64,000 bases of DNA from Candidatus Aenigmatarchaeota archaeon (GTDB lineage: Archaea > Aenigmatarchaeota > Aenigmatarchaeia > QMZP01): contig JADHWJ010000004.1 in NCBI GenBank assembly GCA_016783545.1, positions 27,513 through 91,512 on the forward strand, written 5' to 3'. Shown here in pieces: positions 1 to 10,027 of this stretch (position 1 is its first letter; each line of letters starts with the position of its first letter). The position numbers and the translations under genes are program-made. The notes under the pieces are model-generated. The model was not told the DNA's origin. It searched no databases and worked only from the letters and a program-made list of their open reading frames with translations.

Positions 1-2
1 AT

Positions 3-476
3 AGCGAGAATAATTTAATATATTATAAAACTGATACAGATGCTAAAATCATATCACCCAGAACCATGCAGACAATTGGAAATCTTATATTCGGCTCTAA
101 TCTAGAAACTTCTACAAAGGAAGGAGAATATTCAACCATACCCGCTTTTGTTTTGGAAAACGAACATCTTATAGTTTATGTAAAGAAAATAGGCTCTGAA
201 GGAAGTCCGGTAAATTATAATACAAATGATCTGTTACTCGCTGTTTTTCAAAAGGATTTGAATGAATATCTTCCTTTGCAGAGTCTGGAGATATCTGTTG
301 ACAGCAACCCCATATCAAAAACAGGTAGAGGTTATACCACTTTAGATAGAGAGGGTAATGCACTGCCTTATGGAAAAGCCATCGCATTTATGAGTTCTGA
401 TTACCTAAATTATAGTATAGAATTTATATTGGAATCCGGAGCAGATTTCATAGAAATTAAAGGAAAAGAAATATGA
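3..476 (+). CDS. hypothetical protein; frame is open to the left window edge (possibly 5'-truncated by the window)
   Basis: Track ORF 66-476. No stop in this frame between nt 3 and the ATG at 66. Its stop overlaps the start of the next pilin-like gene (ATGA at 473-476). Confidence 0.4.
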   Translation, partial: SENNLIYYKTDTDAKIISPRTMQTIGNLIFGSNLETSTKEGEYSTIPAFVLENEHLIVYVKKIGSEGSPVNYNTNDLLLAVFQKDLNEYLPLQSLEISVDSNPISKTGRGYTTLDREGNALPYGKAIAFMSSDYLNYSIEFILESGADFIEIKGKEI

Positions 477-961
477 GGAAAGGAATATCCCCCCTTGTTG
501 CAATGGTTGTTCTTATTATAATAGTTTTTGGCATAGCTGGTGTTGTTGGTCCATGGCTGTTAAATCTTGTTAGAATAAGCACACAGCAAAGTGGTTATAA
601 CACAGCAACTCAGTTAATATGCAAAAACTTTGCATACGATTTTGATACAGAGTATGGTATAGATGGTGTAGATCATGATTTCTCATCCACTCCTGATAAA
701 CTGAAATCAAGAATAGAGAATAAAGGTACTGTGAGTGCATATAATTTCTCATTTGAAATAACAATTGAAGTGTTAGATGATATTGTCATTAAAAATTATG
801 ATGTTGCACAAGCATCCCAAAAAACAGAAGAAGATCCTCTTAAACCAGGAGAATCTACAATATTGGTAGCTAATATAACCGAAGATATAACAGGTATATT
901 GAAAGAAGTAAAAATAATAAATGATGTATGCTCTGATATTTATATAGAGCAGGATATGTGA
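473..961 (+). CDS. archaeal type IV pilin-like protein (class III signal peptide)
   Basis: N-terminus MRKGISPLVAMVVLIIIVFGIAG: a basic residue plus Gly followed by a hydrophobic helix, typical of archaeal prepilin/archaellin N-termini. Confidence 0.55.
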   Translation: MRKGISPLVAMVVLIIIVFGIAGVVGPWLLNLVRISTQQSGYNTATQLICKNFAYDFDTEYGIDGVDHDFSSTPDKLKSRIENKGTVSAYNFSFEITIEVLDDIVIKNYDVAQASQKTEEDPLKPGESTILVANITEDITGILKEVKIINDVCSDIYIEQDM

Positions 962-965
962 TATT

Positions 966-1670
966 ATGAAAGAAAAAAAGGAAACTAAAAATGAGAACGG
1001 CATTGAATTTTTATTGAGTAAAGTGAATCGCTTGGAGAACATTGTTAACAAAATCAAACCCGCTAAGATACCAAGAGGAATTAATAAAACAATTGAGGAG
1101 CTACAAAGCGATGTTGTTCAGATCAAGTCTTCAATTACGCAATTAGAAGGTTTCAGAGAGGAAATTAAAGATATAGAAAACCTGGAAAATGAACTCGGGA
1201 TTGGTCAAAAGAATAAAAGCGGTGCTGTAATAGATGAGATAGAACTCGTAAAGGACAGAATAAAGAATCTTGAAAAATTAGAGGATGTTATTTTTAATAG
1301 CAAGGAATCTATTCGAAAAACAAAAGAAATTCTGGATAGTGTTAAAATGAGAGTAGAAAGCATTGATGTGAAAAACACAGAAGAAGGCCTGCAAAGGGAA
1401 CTTTCAGATATGAATGAAACAATAATAGAATTGGCTAGGAAAAACTCTGAAATGGATAAAAGACTTTCAGACATAGAGGAATTTAGCAGTGGGTTAAAAC
1501 CAGAAGATATAGAAAATTTAAAGAATGAGATATTTGCTATGCGGATGGAGCTTCAGCGTGTAAACACCAAAGCAGAGAAATTGAACTTGGATCCTATTTA
1601 CAGAAGAATGAGCGAAATTGACAGTAAAATAAAGGTAATAAGGGCTAATTCACCAGTAGTGATAGAGTAA
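966..1670 (+). CDS. coiled-coil protein, unknown function
   Basis: 234-aa ORF rich in E/K/L heptad-like repeats. No catalytic motif recognised. Confidence 0.45.
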   Translation: MKEKKETKNENGIEFLLSKVNRLENIVNKIKPAKIPRGINKTIEELQSDVVQIKSSITQLEGFREEIKDIENLENELGIGQKNKSGAVIDEIELVKDRIKNLEKLEDVIFNSKESIRKTKEILDSVKMRVESIDVKNTEEGLQRELSDMNETIIELARKNSEMDKRLSDIEEFSSGLKPEDIENLKNEIFAMRMELQRVNTKAEKLNLDPIYRRMSEIDSKIKVIRANSPVVIE

Positions 1671-1701
1671 ACAATAATAAATATAGATACTTATTCTAAA
1701 C

Positions 1702-2943
1702 ATGGGTTTATTTGATTTTTTGAAGAAGGGGGAAGAACCAAAGCCAATTAGTGTTCAGACAGTCCGTTTACAATTAACTGAACTAGATAATTGGTTGGAT
1801 AAGGAACTTTCTCAGTCAATAGAAGAGATAAAAAGCAAAGCAAAAGAATCTTACGATTCGATAAAAGAATCTGTGTTGGAAATGAAGACACCTATAGGGA
1901 ATTTGAGAAATGCAGAGTTTGGAAACAAAAAAGAATTTGCAATGGTTAATATGGCTAAGGACGGATTTGTGAAAAAGGCAAACAACGTGTTAACAGGATT
2001 CCCATCATTAAAAACCATTGATTATAGAAGCCTTAAAGAGTTCTATGAAAAGTCAGCTTCTTTAGTTGCAGATTTGAAGAATATTCCGCCAAAGCAATCT
2101 ATATTAACAAGAAAATATTTTCCCAGAGAAACAGCTGAAATAATAAATTCATTAAAGCTTGTGGATAAGAACTTAACTTCTCTTAACATATTCCTTTCAG
2201 AAGATGCAAAGATATGGAATAAAAAAGAAATCTTGGAAAATAAATTAGAAAAGCAGAAAGAATTTGAAATCAGAATAAAAAAAATGGAAAACGAAAAGAT
2301 TATTTTAGAAGAAAAAATAAAATCTTTGGATAAAGAGCTTCTAAAAAACCAAACAGGGCTGAAGGATATTGAAGAGAGCCGTGAATATAAAAAATACCAG
2401 GAGATGAAAATACATAATAATGAAACCAAATTGAAAATGGAATCAATTAAAAATAATCTTATAGTCGAGATAACATCAATACGGAGGCCTTTGAAAAAAA
2501 TAAGACATGATCATAAAAATTCATTATTAGACCAAGCCATTAGCAGGCCATTTTCTATTATCATTGAAAATAGGGAAGACGATTTAATAGATATACTGAG
2601 AGAACTTATGGGAAAGGAATCATTGAAAGAAAAAGAAAAATCAAAATTAAATAAATTCATAGAAAAGATTCCTGAAATTAGGGAATCAAAAAAAGAATAC
2701 TTTGAATTGAAAGAAATAAGAAATCAGAAAAAAGACGAATTAAAAACTATGGACATGACAGGTAAAGTAAAAGATGCTTCAGAGAAAATAAATAAAGTAA
2801 ATGGTCAGAGAGATGATACTGGGATAGATTTTGAAGAATTAAATGGTCAGATACAAAAAACCAATGAATCATTATTGAAAAATAAAAAACGAATTGAAGA
2901 ATTAGCTTCTGATTTAACAGATAAAAAAGTTAATATATATTGA
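1702..2943 (+). CDS. coiled-coil protein, unknown function
   Basis: 413-aa ORF with long K/E/L-rich predicted coiled-coil segments. Its stop overlaps the pus10 start. Confidence 0.45.
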   Translation: MGLFDFLKKGEEPKPISVQTVRLQLTELDNWLDKELSQSIEEIKSKAKESYDSIKESVLEMKTPIGNLRNAEFGNKKEFAMVNMAKDGFVKKANNVLTGFPSLKTIDYRSLKEFYEKSASLVADLKNIPPKQSILTRKYFPRETAEIINSLKLVDKNLTSLNIFLSEDAKIWNKKEILENKLEKQKEFEIRIKKMENEKIILEEKIKSLDKELLKNQTGLKDIEESREYKKYQEMKIHNNETKLKMESIKNNLIVEITSIRRPLKKIRHDHKNSLLDQAISRPFSIIIENREDDLIDILRELMGKESLKEKEKSKLNKFIEKIPEIRESKKEYFELKEIRNQKKDELKTMDMTGKVKDASEKINKVNGQRDDTGIDFEELNGQIQKTNESLLKNKKRIEELASDLTDKKVNIY

Positions 2944-4109
2944 GTTGTATGAGTCAAAGAGAATTTCTAGATAAATTGAAAGGTTCGAGAGAATTAGCTG
3001 AAAGGCTTTCCAATGGGCAACTTTGTCTTAATTGCCTTGGAAGGAATTTCGCACAGGTTTCAACAGGACTTTCGAATAATAAAAGAGGGGAACTTGTAAA
3101 TAGATTTCTAGGGAAAGGTAAAATAAAAAACGATACATGTAGAGTTTGTGACAATATCTTTCAAAGTTTAGAGCATTACAAAGATATGATAATCAAGCAG
3201 ACGAGGAATATAGAATTCGAGACATTTCAAATAGGAACACGACTCAGCTCAGAACTCATAGAAAAAGAGAAGTATCATTTAGAGCGCTTTGATGCAAAAC
3301 AATGTGAGCCTTTGAAATCAGAAATAAATAGAGAGCTCGGAAAGCTCATTGAAAAACAAACCAATAAAAAATTCAATGCAAAAAGACCTGATTTAAATAT
3401 ACTTGTAAATCTTGAGACAGACAAAGTAGAAGTGAGTATTAATTCAATTTTCATACTTTCTGGGTATAAAAAACTTGTGAGAAACATACCACAAACCAAA
3501 TGGGATATGTATAAAATAACAGTTGAGGGTATAATAGCAAAGCCTTTTATGAAATTAACAAAAGGCTCTGGGCATAGTCTCCATGGCGCTGGCAGAGAAG
3601 ACAGGGATGCGAGGTGCCTTGATTTTAGACCTTTTGTACTGGAAATAAAAGAACCAAAAAAACGAAAACTTCCTTTGAAAGAACTAAAAAAAGAAATAAA
3701 CAAATCAAAAAAAGTCCAGGTTTCAGATCTTTCTTTTTCAGATAAGAAAAAAGTAAGGGAATTGAAGGCTTCGAAGTATGATAAAACATATAGAGTGATG
3801 ATACAATTCGAAAAAACTTTCCAGGAACCAGAGAGGCTGAAAACAATTATCGGCACAATAAACCAAAAAACGCCTTCAAGAGTGCTTCATAGGCGTGCGA
3901 ACTTGCTTCGTAAAAGAGAACTCAAAAATATTAAATGGAAAAGAATAAATAACAAAAGATTACAATTAGATATAAAAGGAGAATCTGGCTTATATATTAA
4001 AGAATTAGTAACAGGCGATGATGGGAGAACAAGTCCTTCAGTTGCTGAAAAGTTAGGGCCTGTAAAGGTTATAAGCCTTGATGTTATTAAAATACATAAA
4101 AATAGGTAG
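2940..4109 (+). CDS. pus10: tRNA pseudouridine synthase Pus10
   Basis: N-terminal Cys pairs (CLNCLGR ... CRVCDN). Catalytic-core motif HGAGREDRDARCLDFRPFVLEI. The length and the pus10-L21e-rpoF-DUF655 neighbourhood are typical of archaea. Confidence 0.75.
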   Translation: MSCMSQREFLDKLKGSRELAERLSNGQLCLNCLGRNFAQVSTGLSNNKRGELVNRFLGKGKIKNDTCRVCDNIFQSLEHYKDMIIKQTRNIEFETFQIGTRLSSELIEKEKYHLERFDAKQCEPLKSEINRELGKLIEKQTNKKFNAKRPDLNILVNLETDKVEVSINSIFILSGYKKLVRNIPQTKWDMYKITVEGIIAKPFMKLTKGSGHSLHGAGREDRDARCLDFRPFVLEIKEPKKRKLPLKELKKEINKSKKVQVSDLSFSDKKKVRELKASKYDKTYRVMIQFEKTFQEPERLKTIIGTINQKTPSRVLHRRANLLRKRELKNIKWKRINNKRLQLDIKGESGLYIKELVTGDDGRTSPSVAEKLGPVKVISLDVIKIHKNR

Positions 4110-4113
4110 TATC

Positions 4114-4407
4114 ATGACTAGAGTGTATGTTGGAAGGGGAGTAATTGGTAGGTTGGGATTGAATGAAAGAAAATCCCTTATAAGTCATGGAATAGAACCT
4201 TGTCAGGAATACAGTATCGTAGTTGAAGACGGAGCTTCATACCCAGAAATTTGTTCGCAGACTCCTAAAGGCGGTACCAGGATTAATTTGGAATGGTTTA
4301 ATTATCCGTTTTTATATGCAGACGAGGGGATTGAATTTGACAACAGACGCGTACATTTGGTATTGATACCAACAGAAGGTGTTATAAACAGACATAGAGA
4401 GGTTTAA
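4114..4407 (+). CDS. hypothetical protein
   Basis: Track ORF 4078-4407. The internal ATG at 4114 (MTRVYVGRG...) avoids overlap with pus10. No motif recognised. Confidence 0.35.
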   Translation: MTRVYVGRGVIGRLGLNERKSLISHGIEPCQEYSIVVEDGASYPEICSQTPKGGTRINLEWFNYPFLYADEGIEFDNRRVHLVLIPTEGVINRHREV

Positions 4408-4408
4408 G

Positions 4409-4696
4409 ATGTCAAAAGGAAGTAAAGGTTTTAGAAGAGAAACGAGAAGCAAGTTAAAGGCAGATGTAAGAGCAAAGTTCAAACCAGAGCATTATTTGAA
4501 AAAATTCAAAAAAGATGAAAAGGTTTTAATAATGCTGGATCCGAGCAGTCAGAAAGGCATGCCTTTCCCTAAATTTAAAGGAAAAATTGGCGTTGTTGAG
4601 GGAAAAAGAGGGAATTCATATATAATAAAAATCAAAGATAAGAACAAAGAAAAAACCGTTATAGCATCCCCTGAACATTTAAAACTAACAAAGTAA
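4409..4696 (+). CDS. rpl21e: 50S ribosomal protein L21e
   Basis: Basic N-terminus MSKGSKGFRRETRSKLK and an SH3-like core KFKGKIGVVEGKRGNSYIIKI. Conserved archaeal position upstream of rpoF. Confidence 0.8.
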   Translation: MSKGSKGFRRETRSKLKADVRAKFKPEHYLKKFKKDEKVLIMLDPSSQKGMPFPKFKGKIGVVEGKRGNSYIIKIKDKNKEKTVIASPEHLKLTK

Positions 4697-4787
4697 TATA
4701 TATTAGGAATAAAGCGGGTTTTGATAGTGGATTCATGAAAACCGGAGCAGATGAAAAAGAATTCATAAATTAACAGCAGGTTTTGAT

Positions 4788-5114
4788 ATGGAAATCAAAG
4801 ATGAAAAATTTGTTTCATGGAGTGAAGTGAAGACAATCTTAGATAAAAGAGCAGAAGAAAAGGCATTGGGATATGAACAAAAGAATGCATCAGAGCATCT
4901 GAAAAAATTCTCAAAACTAACCACAACCGGAGTAAAAGAAATTGCAAAGGAGCTTTCAGAGATAGCAAAGTTAAAAGAAAGGCATATATCAATTATAACA
5001 AATCTGGCTCCTCAAGACGATGAAGATCTTAGAGTTTTATTTGCAAATGAGATTATAAATCTTACACCAGATGATAAAAGAAAAATACTCAGTATAGTGA
5101 AAAAACACTCATAA
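4788..5114 (+). CDS. rpoF: DNA-directed RNA polymerase subunit F (Rpo4)
   Basis: 108 aa. The size, the helical HRDC-like C-terminus and the conserved L21e-RpoF-DUF655 gene order support the call. Confidence 0.6.
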   Translation: MEIKDEKFVSWSEVKTILDKRAEEKALGYEQKNASEHLKKFSKLTTTGVKEIAKELSEIAKLKERHISIITNLAPQDDEDLRVLFANEIINLTPDDKRKILSIVKKHS

Positions 5115-5162
5115 CACGAATTTCAAACTTTTATTCTAAAATTCTAAAAATAAAGTGATACT

Positions 5163-5753
5163 ATGAAAAGAGAGATAAAAAAAGACGAATGGGGAATAGT
5201 TCTGGACTTCTTGCCTCACGGACATTACGGGATGGAAAGATCACAACCTATTGCGCAGGTTTTGGGAGATGTATATTTCTCTCTTCTAGATGTTATAGTT
5301 AGAGAAGACGTAACACTTAAGACAGGCGATAGAGTTTATATTGGAGACGGGAAAAGAAAGGAAGTCAAGTATATACGTGGAAGATTAGAGATTAATGATA
5401 CGTCAACTGTTTCGAAAGATGAGCTAGAGAAAGTAATAGAAGATATTATTGAAAAAAAACCAGATAAATTTATCGAATTCTTTAACAAAGCAGGTCATGT
5501 TACAACAAGACTTCATCAGTTAGAGCTTCTTCCAGGTGTTGGAAAGAAACATCTGTGGGCAATAATCGATGCAAGGAAAGAGAAACCATTCGAAAGCTTT
5601 GATGATATAAAAAAGAGGGTTTCGCTTTTACCAAACCCTGAAAAAATGATAGTTAAACGAATAATTGAAGAATTGGAAAATGCAGATAAATATAGAATAT
5701 TTGTTCCCAAGTTTGAAAAAAGAGAGCAATCGCAAAGGCCAAGATTTCGTTAA
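5163..5753 (+). CDS. DUF655-family putative RNA/nucleotide-binding protein (HhH)
   Basis: N-terminal OB-like region (VLDFLPHGH...) and a C-terminal HhH-like LELLPGVGKKHLWAIIDAR. Conserved position after rpoF. Confidence 0.6.
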   Translation: MKREIKKDEWGIVLDFLPHGHYGMERSQPIAQVLGDVYFSLLDVIVREDVTLKTGDRVYIGDGKRKEVKYIRGRLEINDTSTVSKDELEKVIEDIIEKKPDKFIEFFNKAGHVTTRLHQLELLPGVGKKHLWAIIDARKEKPFESFDDIKKRVSLLPNPEKMIVKRIIEELENADKYRIFVPKFEKREQSQRPRFR

Positions 5754-5794
5754 TTCTAAAAAAGGATTTTAAATATAGATAACAATAATATGTT

Positions 5795-6226
5795 ATGAAT
5801 GCCAAAGAAGCAATGAACACTAATGTAAAAACAATCCAGCCATCTTCTAACATAAAAAGGGCAGCTGAACAGATGACAAAATACAGGATAGGCAGTCTTA
5901 TTGTTGTTAAATCTGGAAAACTCGTTGGGATAGTAACAGAAAGAGATATACTTCAAAAAGTTGTTGCAAAAAATAAAAATACAGTAAAAACAAAAGTGTC
6001 AGATATAATGACAAAGGAAGTTATGCTGATAAGCCCTGATCTTGATATTGAAAGCGCGTCCAAAATAATGAAGAAACATAAGATAAAAAAATTACCAGTT
6101 ATTATAGATCATCATCTTGTAGGAATATTAACAGCAACAGACATAGTTTCAGCTCAGCTAGAATTAATGGATAGGCTTGGGCATCTTTTTTTAGGCGCTA
6201 ACAGAAAAAAGCTAACCGCTGGCTAG
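5795..6226 (+). CDS. CBS domain pair protein
   Basis: Two CBS repeats (AMNTNVKTIQPSS...GIVTERDILQKVV and IMTKEVMLISPD...GILTATDIV). Confidence 0.75.
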   Translation: MNAKEAMNTNVKTIQPSSNIKRAAEQMTKYRIGSLIVVKSGKLVGIVTERDILQKVVAKNKNTVKTKVSDIMTKEVMLISPDLDIESASKIMKKHKIKKLPVIIDHHLVGILTATDIVSAQLELMDRLGHLFLGANRKKLTAG

Positions 6227-6280
6227 GTTTTGTATGGTCAGTATTTTTCTATTCTAATATGATATAAAATACCTTGATTC

Positions 6281-6308
6281 AACCGCTGATTAAAATCAGC
6301 GGTTTTTT
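6281..6308 (+). terminator. hairpin plus oligo-T downstream of the CBS gene
   Basis: AACCGCTGAT-TAAA-ATCAGCGGTT perfect stem followed by TTTT. Confidence 0.4.
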
Positions 6309-6419
6309 GATTAGGTATAAATGTTAAAACCAATTATTCATATACCCATCTTAAAAATATATCTTTTGGTTTTAACATAAAAGCTTAAAGTACCTAAATT
6401 ATAGTAACAATAAACAGAA

Positions 6420-6709
6420 GGGCTCGTAGCTCAGCTTGGTCTAGAGTGTCGAACGTCTCTAAGGTCACGTCCCAGTAGACGTGCATAGGTCTTATAAGGC
6501 CAACCAGGCTAACCTGGAAACAGACTAGCTTTGGCTAGTTGGTTATCTGGCGTAGAAGCCGAAGAAGCTTTAACCTTACGGGGTTTTAGTTGCGGAAGTC
6601 CTGGGTTCAAACTGGAACGCGGGGGCACATCCCCCTCATTCCTAAGGTTCCTCTGATCCCCCTGAAATTCAGGTAAGATTGGAAGAATATGAAAATCCCA
6701 GCGAGCCCA
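6420..6709 (+). tRNA. intron-containing tRNA, isotype unresolved (about 290-nt locus)
   Basis: 5' GGGCTCG-TA-GCTCAGCTTGGTCTAGAGT (acceptor plus D-arm). 3' CTGGG-TTCAAA[84-nt insert]T-CCCAG-CGAGCCC-A (T-arm plus acceptor). About 150 nt of structured sequence lies between the D-arm and the variable region. I could not fold an anticodon arm unambiguously. Confidence 0.6.
6612..6695 (+). other. T-loop intron of the unassigned tRNA (weaker member of the two-hairpin intron family)
   Basis: Interrupts TTCAAA|T. It contains hairpins GGGGG-CACAT-CCCCC and CCTGA-AAT-TCAGG in the same order as the introns at 56813-56892 and 50622-50719. Confidence 0.5.
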
Positions 6710-6800
6710 TTTAATCTATCAACTAATAAACCCAAAACAAGCAACCAAAAGCTTTTTAAAGCCTTCTATTAATAATAGATATCTCCATAGGAGACTTGTT

Positions 6801-8456
6801 ATGTCAAATGCACAATTAGCTAATATTGGTGGACAACCTGTTATAATACTTCCAGAAGGAACTACAAGGAACAGAGGCAGGGAGGCGCAGAAAAATAACA
6901 TAGCTGCTGCAAAAGCTGTTGCAGATGCTGTGAGAACAACTTTAGGTCCAAGAGGTATGGATAAGATGCTTGTTGATTCTATGGGTGATGTTGTAATAAC
7001 AAATGATGGTGCTACAATACTCGATGAAATGCAAATTGAGCATCCAGCCGCAAAGATGATGGTTGAAATCGCAAAAACACAGGACAAAGAGGTTGGTGAC
7101 GGAACAACAACTGCTGTTATTCTTGCAGGAGAGCTTTTGAAAAAGGCAGAGGATCTTCTTGAACAGGAAATTCATCCTACTGTTATAACAAAAGGATATA
7201 GACTTGCAAAAACAAAAGCAATAGAAATTCTTAATAGTATCTCAAAAAACGTGACAATAAACGATGATAAGCTTATGAAGCAGATTGCAAACACTGCAAT
7301 AACAGGAAAATCAGCCGAAAAGGCATCTGAAGAGCTTGCACATCTTGCTGTTGAAGCAATCAAGAAAGTTGCTGAGACCTCAAACGGAAAGGTAGATGTT
7401 GACACAGAAAACATAAAGATGGAAAAGAAAGAAGGTGCTTCAATAAACGATACAAAATTAATCAATGGAATACTTATTGACAAAGAAATTATTCATTCTT
7501 CAATGCCAAAGAAAATTAAAAATGCAAAGATTGCTTTATTGGATAGTGCTTTGGAAGTGAAAGAGCTGGAATCAGATGCAAAGATAACTATTGATTCTCC
7601 TGAAAAAATGCAGGCATTCCTTGATGAAGAAGAGAAAATGTTAAAGGGTATGGTGGAAAAGGTTGTAAAATCAGGCGCAAACGTTCTTTTTTGCCAGAAA
7701 GGAATAGATGATACTGCTCAGCATTACTTTGCAAAGCAGGGAATAATTGCAGCAAGAAGGGTAAAGAAATCTGACATGGAAGCATTAGCAAGAGCAACAA
7801 GTGGAAGCGTAATATCAAATCTAAATGATCTTTCAGCCAATGATCTTGGTTTTGCAGGTGTGGTTGAAGAAAGAAAGATTTCTGGCGACCAGATGATTTT
7901 TGTTGAAGAATGCAAACACCCAAAAGCTGTTACAATTCTTATTAGAGGTGGAACAGAACATGTTGTCGATGAAGTTGAAAGAGCAATGGAAGATGCAATA
8001 AAAGGTATTGGCGCTGCTCTGGAATTAGGAAAGATAGTTGCTGGTGGTGGTTCACCTGAGATAGAGGTTGCAAAGGAAATAAGAAAATATGCTGAGAGTT
8101 TCAAAGGAAGAGAACAACTGGCAGTTAATGCTTTTGCAGATGCTATTGAAATAGTTCCAAGAAGCCTTGCAGAGAATGCTGGAATGGATCCTATAGACAA
8201 GCTCGCAAACCTTAGAGCTGAGCATGACAAAGGAAACAAGACAGTTGGTCTGGATGTTTTCACTGGTAGTGTTCAGAATATGTTAAGTGCAGGTGTTGTT
8301 GAGCCATTAAAAATTAAACTTCAGGCAGTAAAATCAGCAGCAGAAGCAGCTGAGATGATTTTGAGAATAGATGATATGATTTCTTCAGGTGGCGGGGAAA
8401 GAGCACCAGAAATGCCAGCAGGTGGCATGGGCGGAATGCCGCCAGGGATGATGTAA
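6801..8456 (+). CDS. ths: thermosome subunit (group II chaperonin)
   Basis: [20 protein letters not shown] and VGDGTTTAV motifs. C-terminal [11 protein letters not shown] tail. 551 aa. Confidence 0.95.
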   Translation: MSNAQLANIGGQPVIILPEGTTRNRGREAQKNNIAAAKAVADAVRTTLGPRGMDKMLVDSMGDVVITNDGATILDEMQIEHPAAKMMVEIAKTQDKEVGDGTTTAVILAGELLKKAEDLLEQEIHPTVITKGYRLAKTKAIEILNSISKNVTINDDKLMKQIANTAITGKSAEKASEELAHLAVEAIKKVAETSNGKVDVDTENIKMEKKEGASINDTKLINGILIDKEIIHSSMPKKIKNAKIALLDSALEVKELESDAKITIDSPEKMQAFLDEEEKMLKGMVEKVVKSGANVLFCQKGIDDTAQHYFAKQGIIAARRVKKSDMEALARATSGSVISNLNDLSANDLGFAGVVEERKISGDQMIFVEECKHPKAVTILIRGGTEHVVDEVERAMEDAIKGIGAALELGKIVAGGGSPEIEVAKEIRKYAESFKGREQLAVNAFADAIEIVPRSLAENAGMDPIDKLANLRAEHDKGNKTVGLDVFTGSVQNMLSAGVVEPLKIKLQAVKSAAEAAEMILRIDDMISSGGGERAPEMPAGGMGGMPPGMM

Positions 8457-8532
8457 ACATTGTCTCACCAAACACAAAAGACAAACCCACTCAAGACAAC
8501 ATTTATATAGTAGATACAACCAATAAAATATC

Positions 8533-9048
8533 ATGGCTGATTATGATGAATATGAAGTAATACCAACTTCTCCTTTGAGAAAAATAGAGCAAAGACTTTC
8601 AAGGGTAGAGACTACAAGTTCAAGTTCTGAAACAAGAAGATTAGTTGACCAAATAATCGAATTAATAAAAGCAAACCAAAAAGTGATAGATGGTGTTGTA
8701 AAGGCAGATACAGAATTAAGAAATGAACTGTCAAGAATCCCAGGAAAAATCGACGAGCTTCTTGGTAGTATGAACGAGTTCATGGACCTTCTAAAAACAT
8801 CTGCAGCAGAAGAGACAGTCTCAGAAATATCAAAGGATGTAATGGATCCGATTGTTGGAAAGTTGGATGAGCTTATACAGCATACAAAGAAGAGCACTGA
8901 CGTGAGCCAGGCATCATTAGCAAGCTTGGACACAATCGACAAGAGATTAAAAAGGCTGCATACACAGGCAAGCGTCGCACAGTCTGGAAGAAGAACATCA
9001 TATGCACATCAACCAGCACCAACTAGATATCAACAGCCAATGCAGTGA
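8533..9048 (+). CDS. coiled-coil hypothetical protein
   Basis: 171-aa ORF with helical E/K/L-rich composition. No motif recognised. Confidence 0.4.
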   Translation: MADYDEYEVIPTSPLRKIEQRLSRVETTSSSSETRRLVDQIIELIKANQKVIDGVVKADTELRNELSRIPGKIDELLGSMNEFMDLLKTSAAEETVSEISKDVMDPIVGKLDELIQHTKKSTDVSQASLASLDTIDKRLKRLHTQASVAQSGRRTSYAHQPAPTRYQQPMQ

Positions 9049-9082
9049 CTTATATTTAAGTGAGGCAGAACAATATATTACT

Positions 9083-9505
9083 ATGAAACATTTCAAGGGT
9101 ATAACACCCGTCATTTCAATAATAATTCTTTTACTAATAACAGTAGCAATCGCAGGAGCAGCATTTACATTTCTCGGAGGATATCTTGGTGCATACACTG
9201 AAAAAGCATTTATTATTACACCAGGAGGAGCATTCTGCGACGAGGTTGCTGGAAAAAACACAATATCAGTAATAGTCCAGAATACTGGTACAACCGAAAT
9301 AAAAACCACGGATTGGGTTGTGGCAGAAATTGATGGTTATGATCTAATAACTGCATTGAAAATCACAGCGGATCTTCCCTCAGGCTCATCCAAAAAAATC
9401 ATAAACACATTGAATACTGGAGATGCTGAATGGTCTTCAGGTGCACACATACTTAGACTTGGAACATCCTCAACTGTTTTGACAGAAAGAGTTGTCTGTC
9501 CTTAA
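9083..9505 (+). CDS. archaeal type IV pilin (paralog 1)
   Basis: Internal start MKHFKGITPVISIIILLLITVAIAGAAF (class III signal peptide). The track ORF 9002-9505 begins further upstream. Tandem paralog of 9546-9980. Confidence 0.65.
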   Translation: MKHFKGITPVISIIILLLITVAIAGAAFTFLGGYLGAYTEKAFIITPGGAFCDEVAGKNTISVIVQNTGTTEIKTTDWVVAEIDGYDLITALKITADLPSGSSKKIINTLNTGDAEWSSGAHILRLGTSSTVLTERVVCP

Positions 9506-9545
9506 TTTCTTAATATATTTAAGTGAAGCAGAACAATATATTACT

Positions 9546-9980
9546 ATGAAACATTTCAAGGGTATAACACCTGTTATCTCAATAATAATTTTACTATTGA
9601 TAACAGTAGCAATCGCAGGAGCAGCATACACATTTCTTGGAGGATATCTTGGTGCATACACTGAAAAAGCATTTACCATACCGCCAGGAGGAGCATTTTG
9701 TTATGCAGGTACTGATGGCAATACAGTGGTAGCAACAGTCCAGAACATGGGAACAACAACAATAAAAGCTGAAGATTGGTCTGTGGCACAGATTGATGAA
9801 TACGATCTGCTTACAGCAGGCACTGGCGACACTAGTTTAATAACCGAAGATCTCCCAACACAGTCATCCAAGGAGCTTATAGACACAATGAAAGGTACTG
9901 ATCCTTGGGGTTCAGGCAGTCATGTACTCCGATTAGGAACAGCATCTGGTGTTGTAACAGACAGAATAGTTTGTCCTTAA
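9546..9980 (+). CDS. archaeal type IV pilin (paralog 2)
   Basis: MKHFKGITPVISIIILLLITVAIAGAAY. The first ~190 nt, including the upstream leader, are nearly identical to paralog 1. The C-terminus diverges but keeps ...LRLGT.S.V.T.R.VCP. Confidence 0.65.
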   Translation: MKHFKGITPVISIIILLLITVAIAGAAYTFLGGYLGAYTEKAFTIPPGGAFCYAGTDGNTVVATVQNMGTTTIKAEDWSVAQIDEYDLLTAGTGDTSLITEDLPTQSSKELIDTMKGTDPWGSGSHVLRLGTASGVVTDRIVCP

Positions 9981-10027
9981 TTTATTTTTTTATATTTTTT
10001 AAGTTCTGATTACAAGTATCTATAAGT

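Noticed and set aside
6457-6463. CTCTAAG in the unassigned tRNA read as an anticodon loop with CUA (amber suppressor).
   Set aside because: The flanking 5 nt do not pair (AACGT versus GTCAC), and the register leaves 3 extra nt after the D-arm. TAG clearly terminates well-supported genes, for example pus10 at 4109.
7724-8263. 179-aa antisense ORF inside the thermosome gene, plus similar antisense ORFs at 6719-7087, 7172-7483 and 7588-7923.
   Set aside because: The plus-strand thermosome call is unambiguous. The antisense frames have low-complexity, Ser/Leu/Phe-rich translations typical of shadow ORFs.
9002-9082. Long N-terminal extension of the first pilin ORF (the track starts at 9002), and likewise 9492-9545 for the second.
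   Set aside because: The extension overlaps the upstream gene's 3' end and the duplicated leader. The conserved MKHFKGITPVIS start fits a class III signal peptide.
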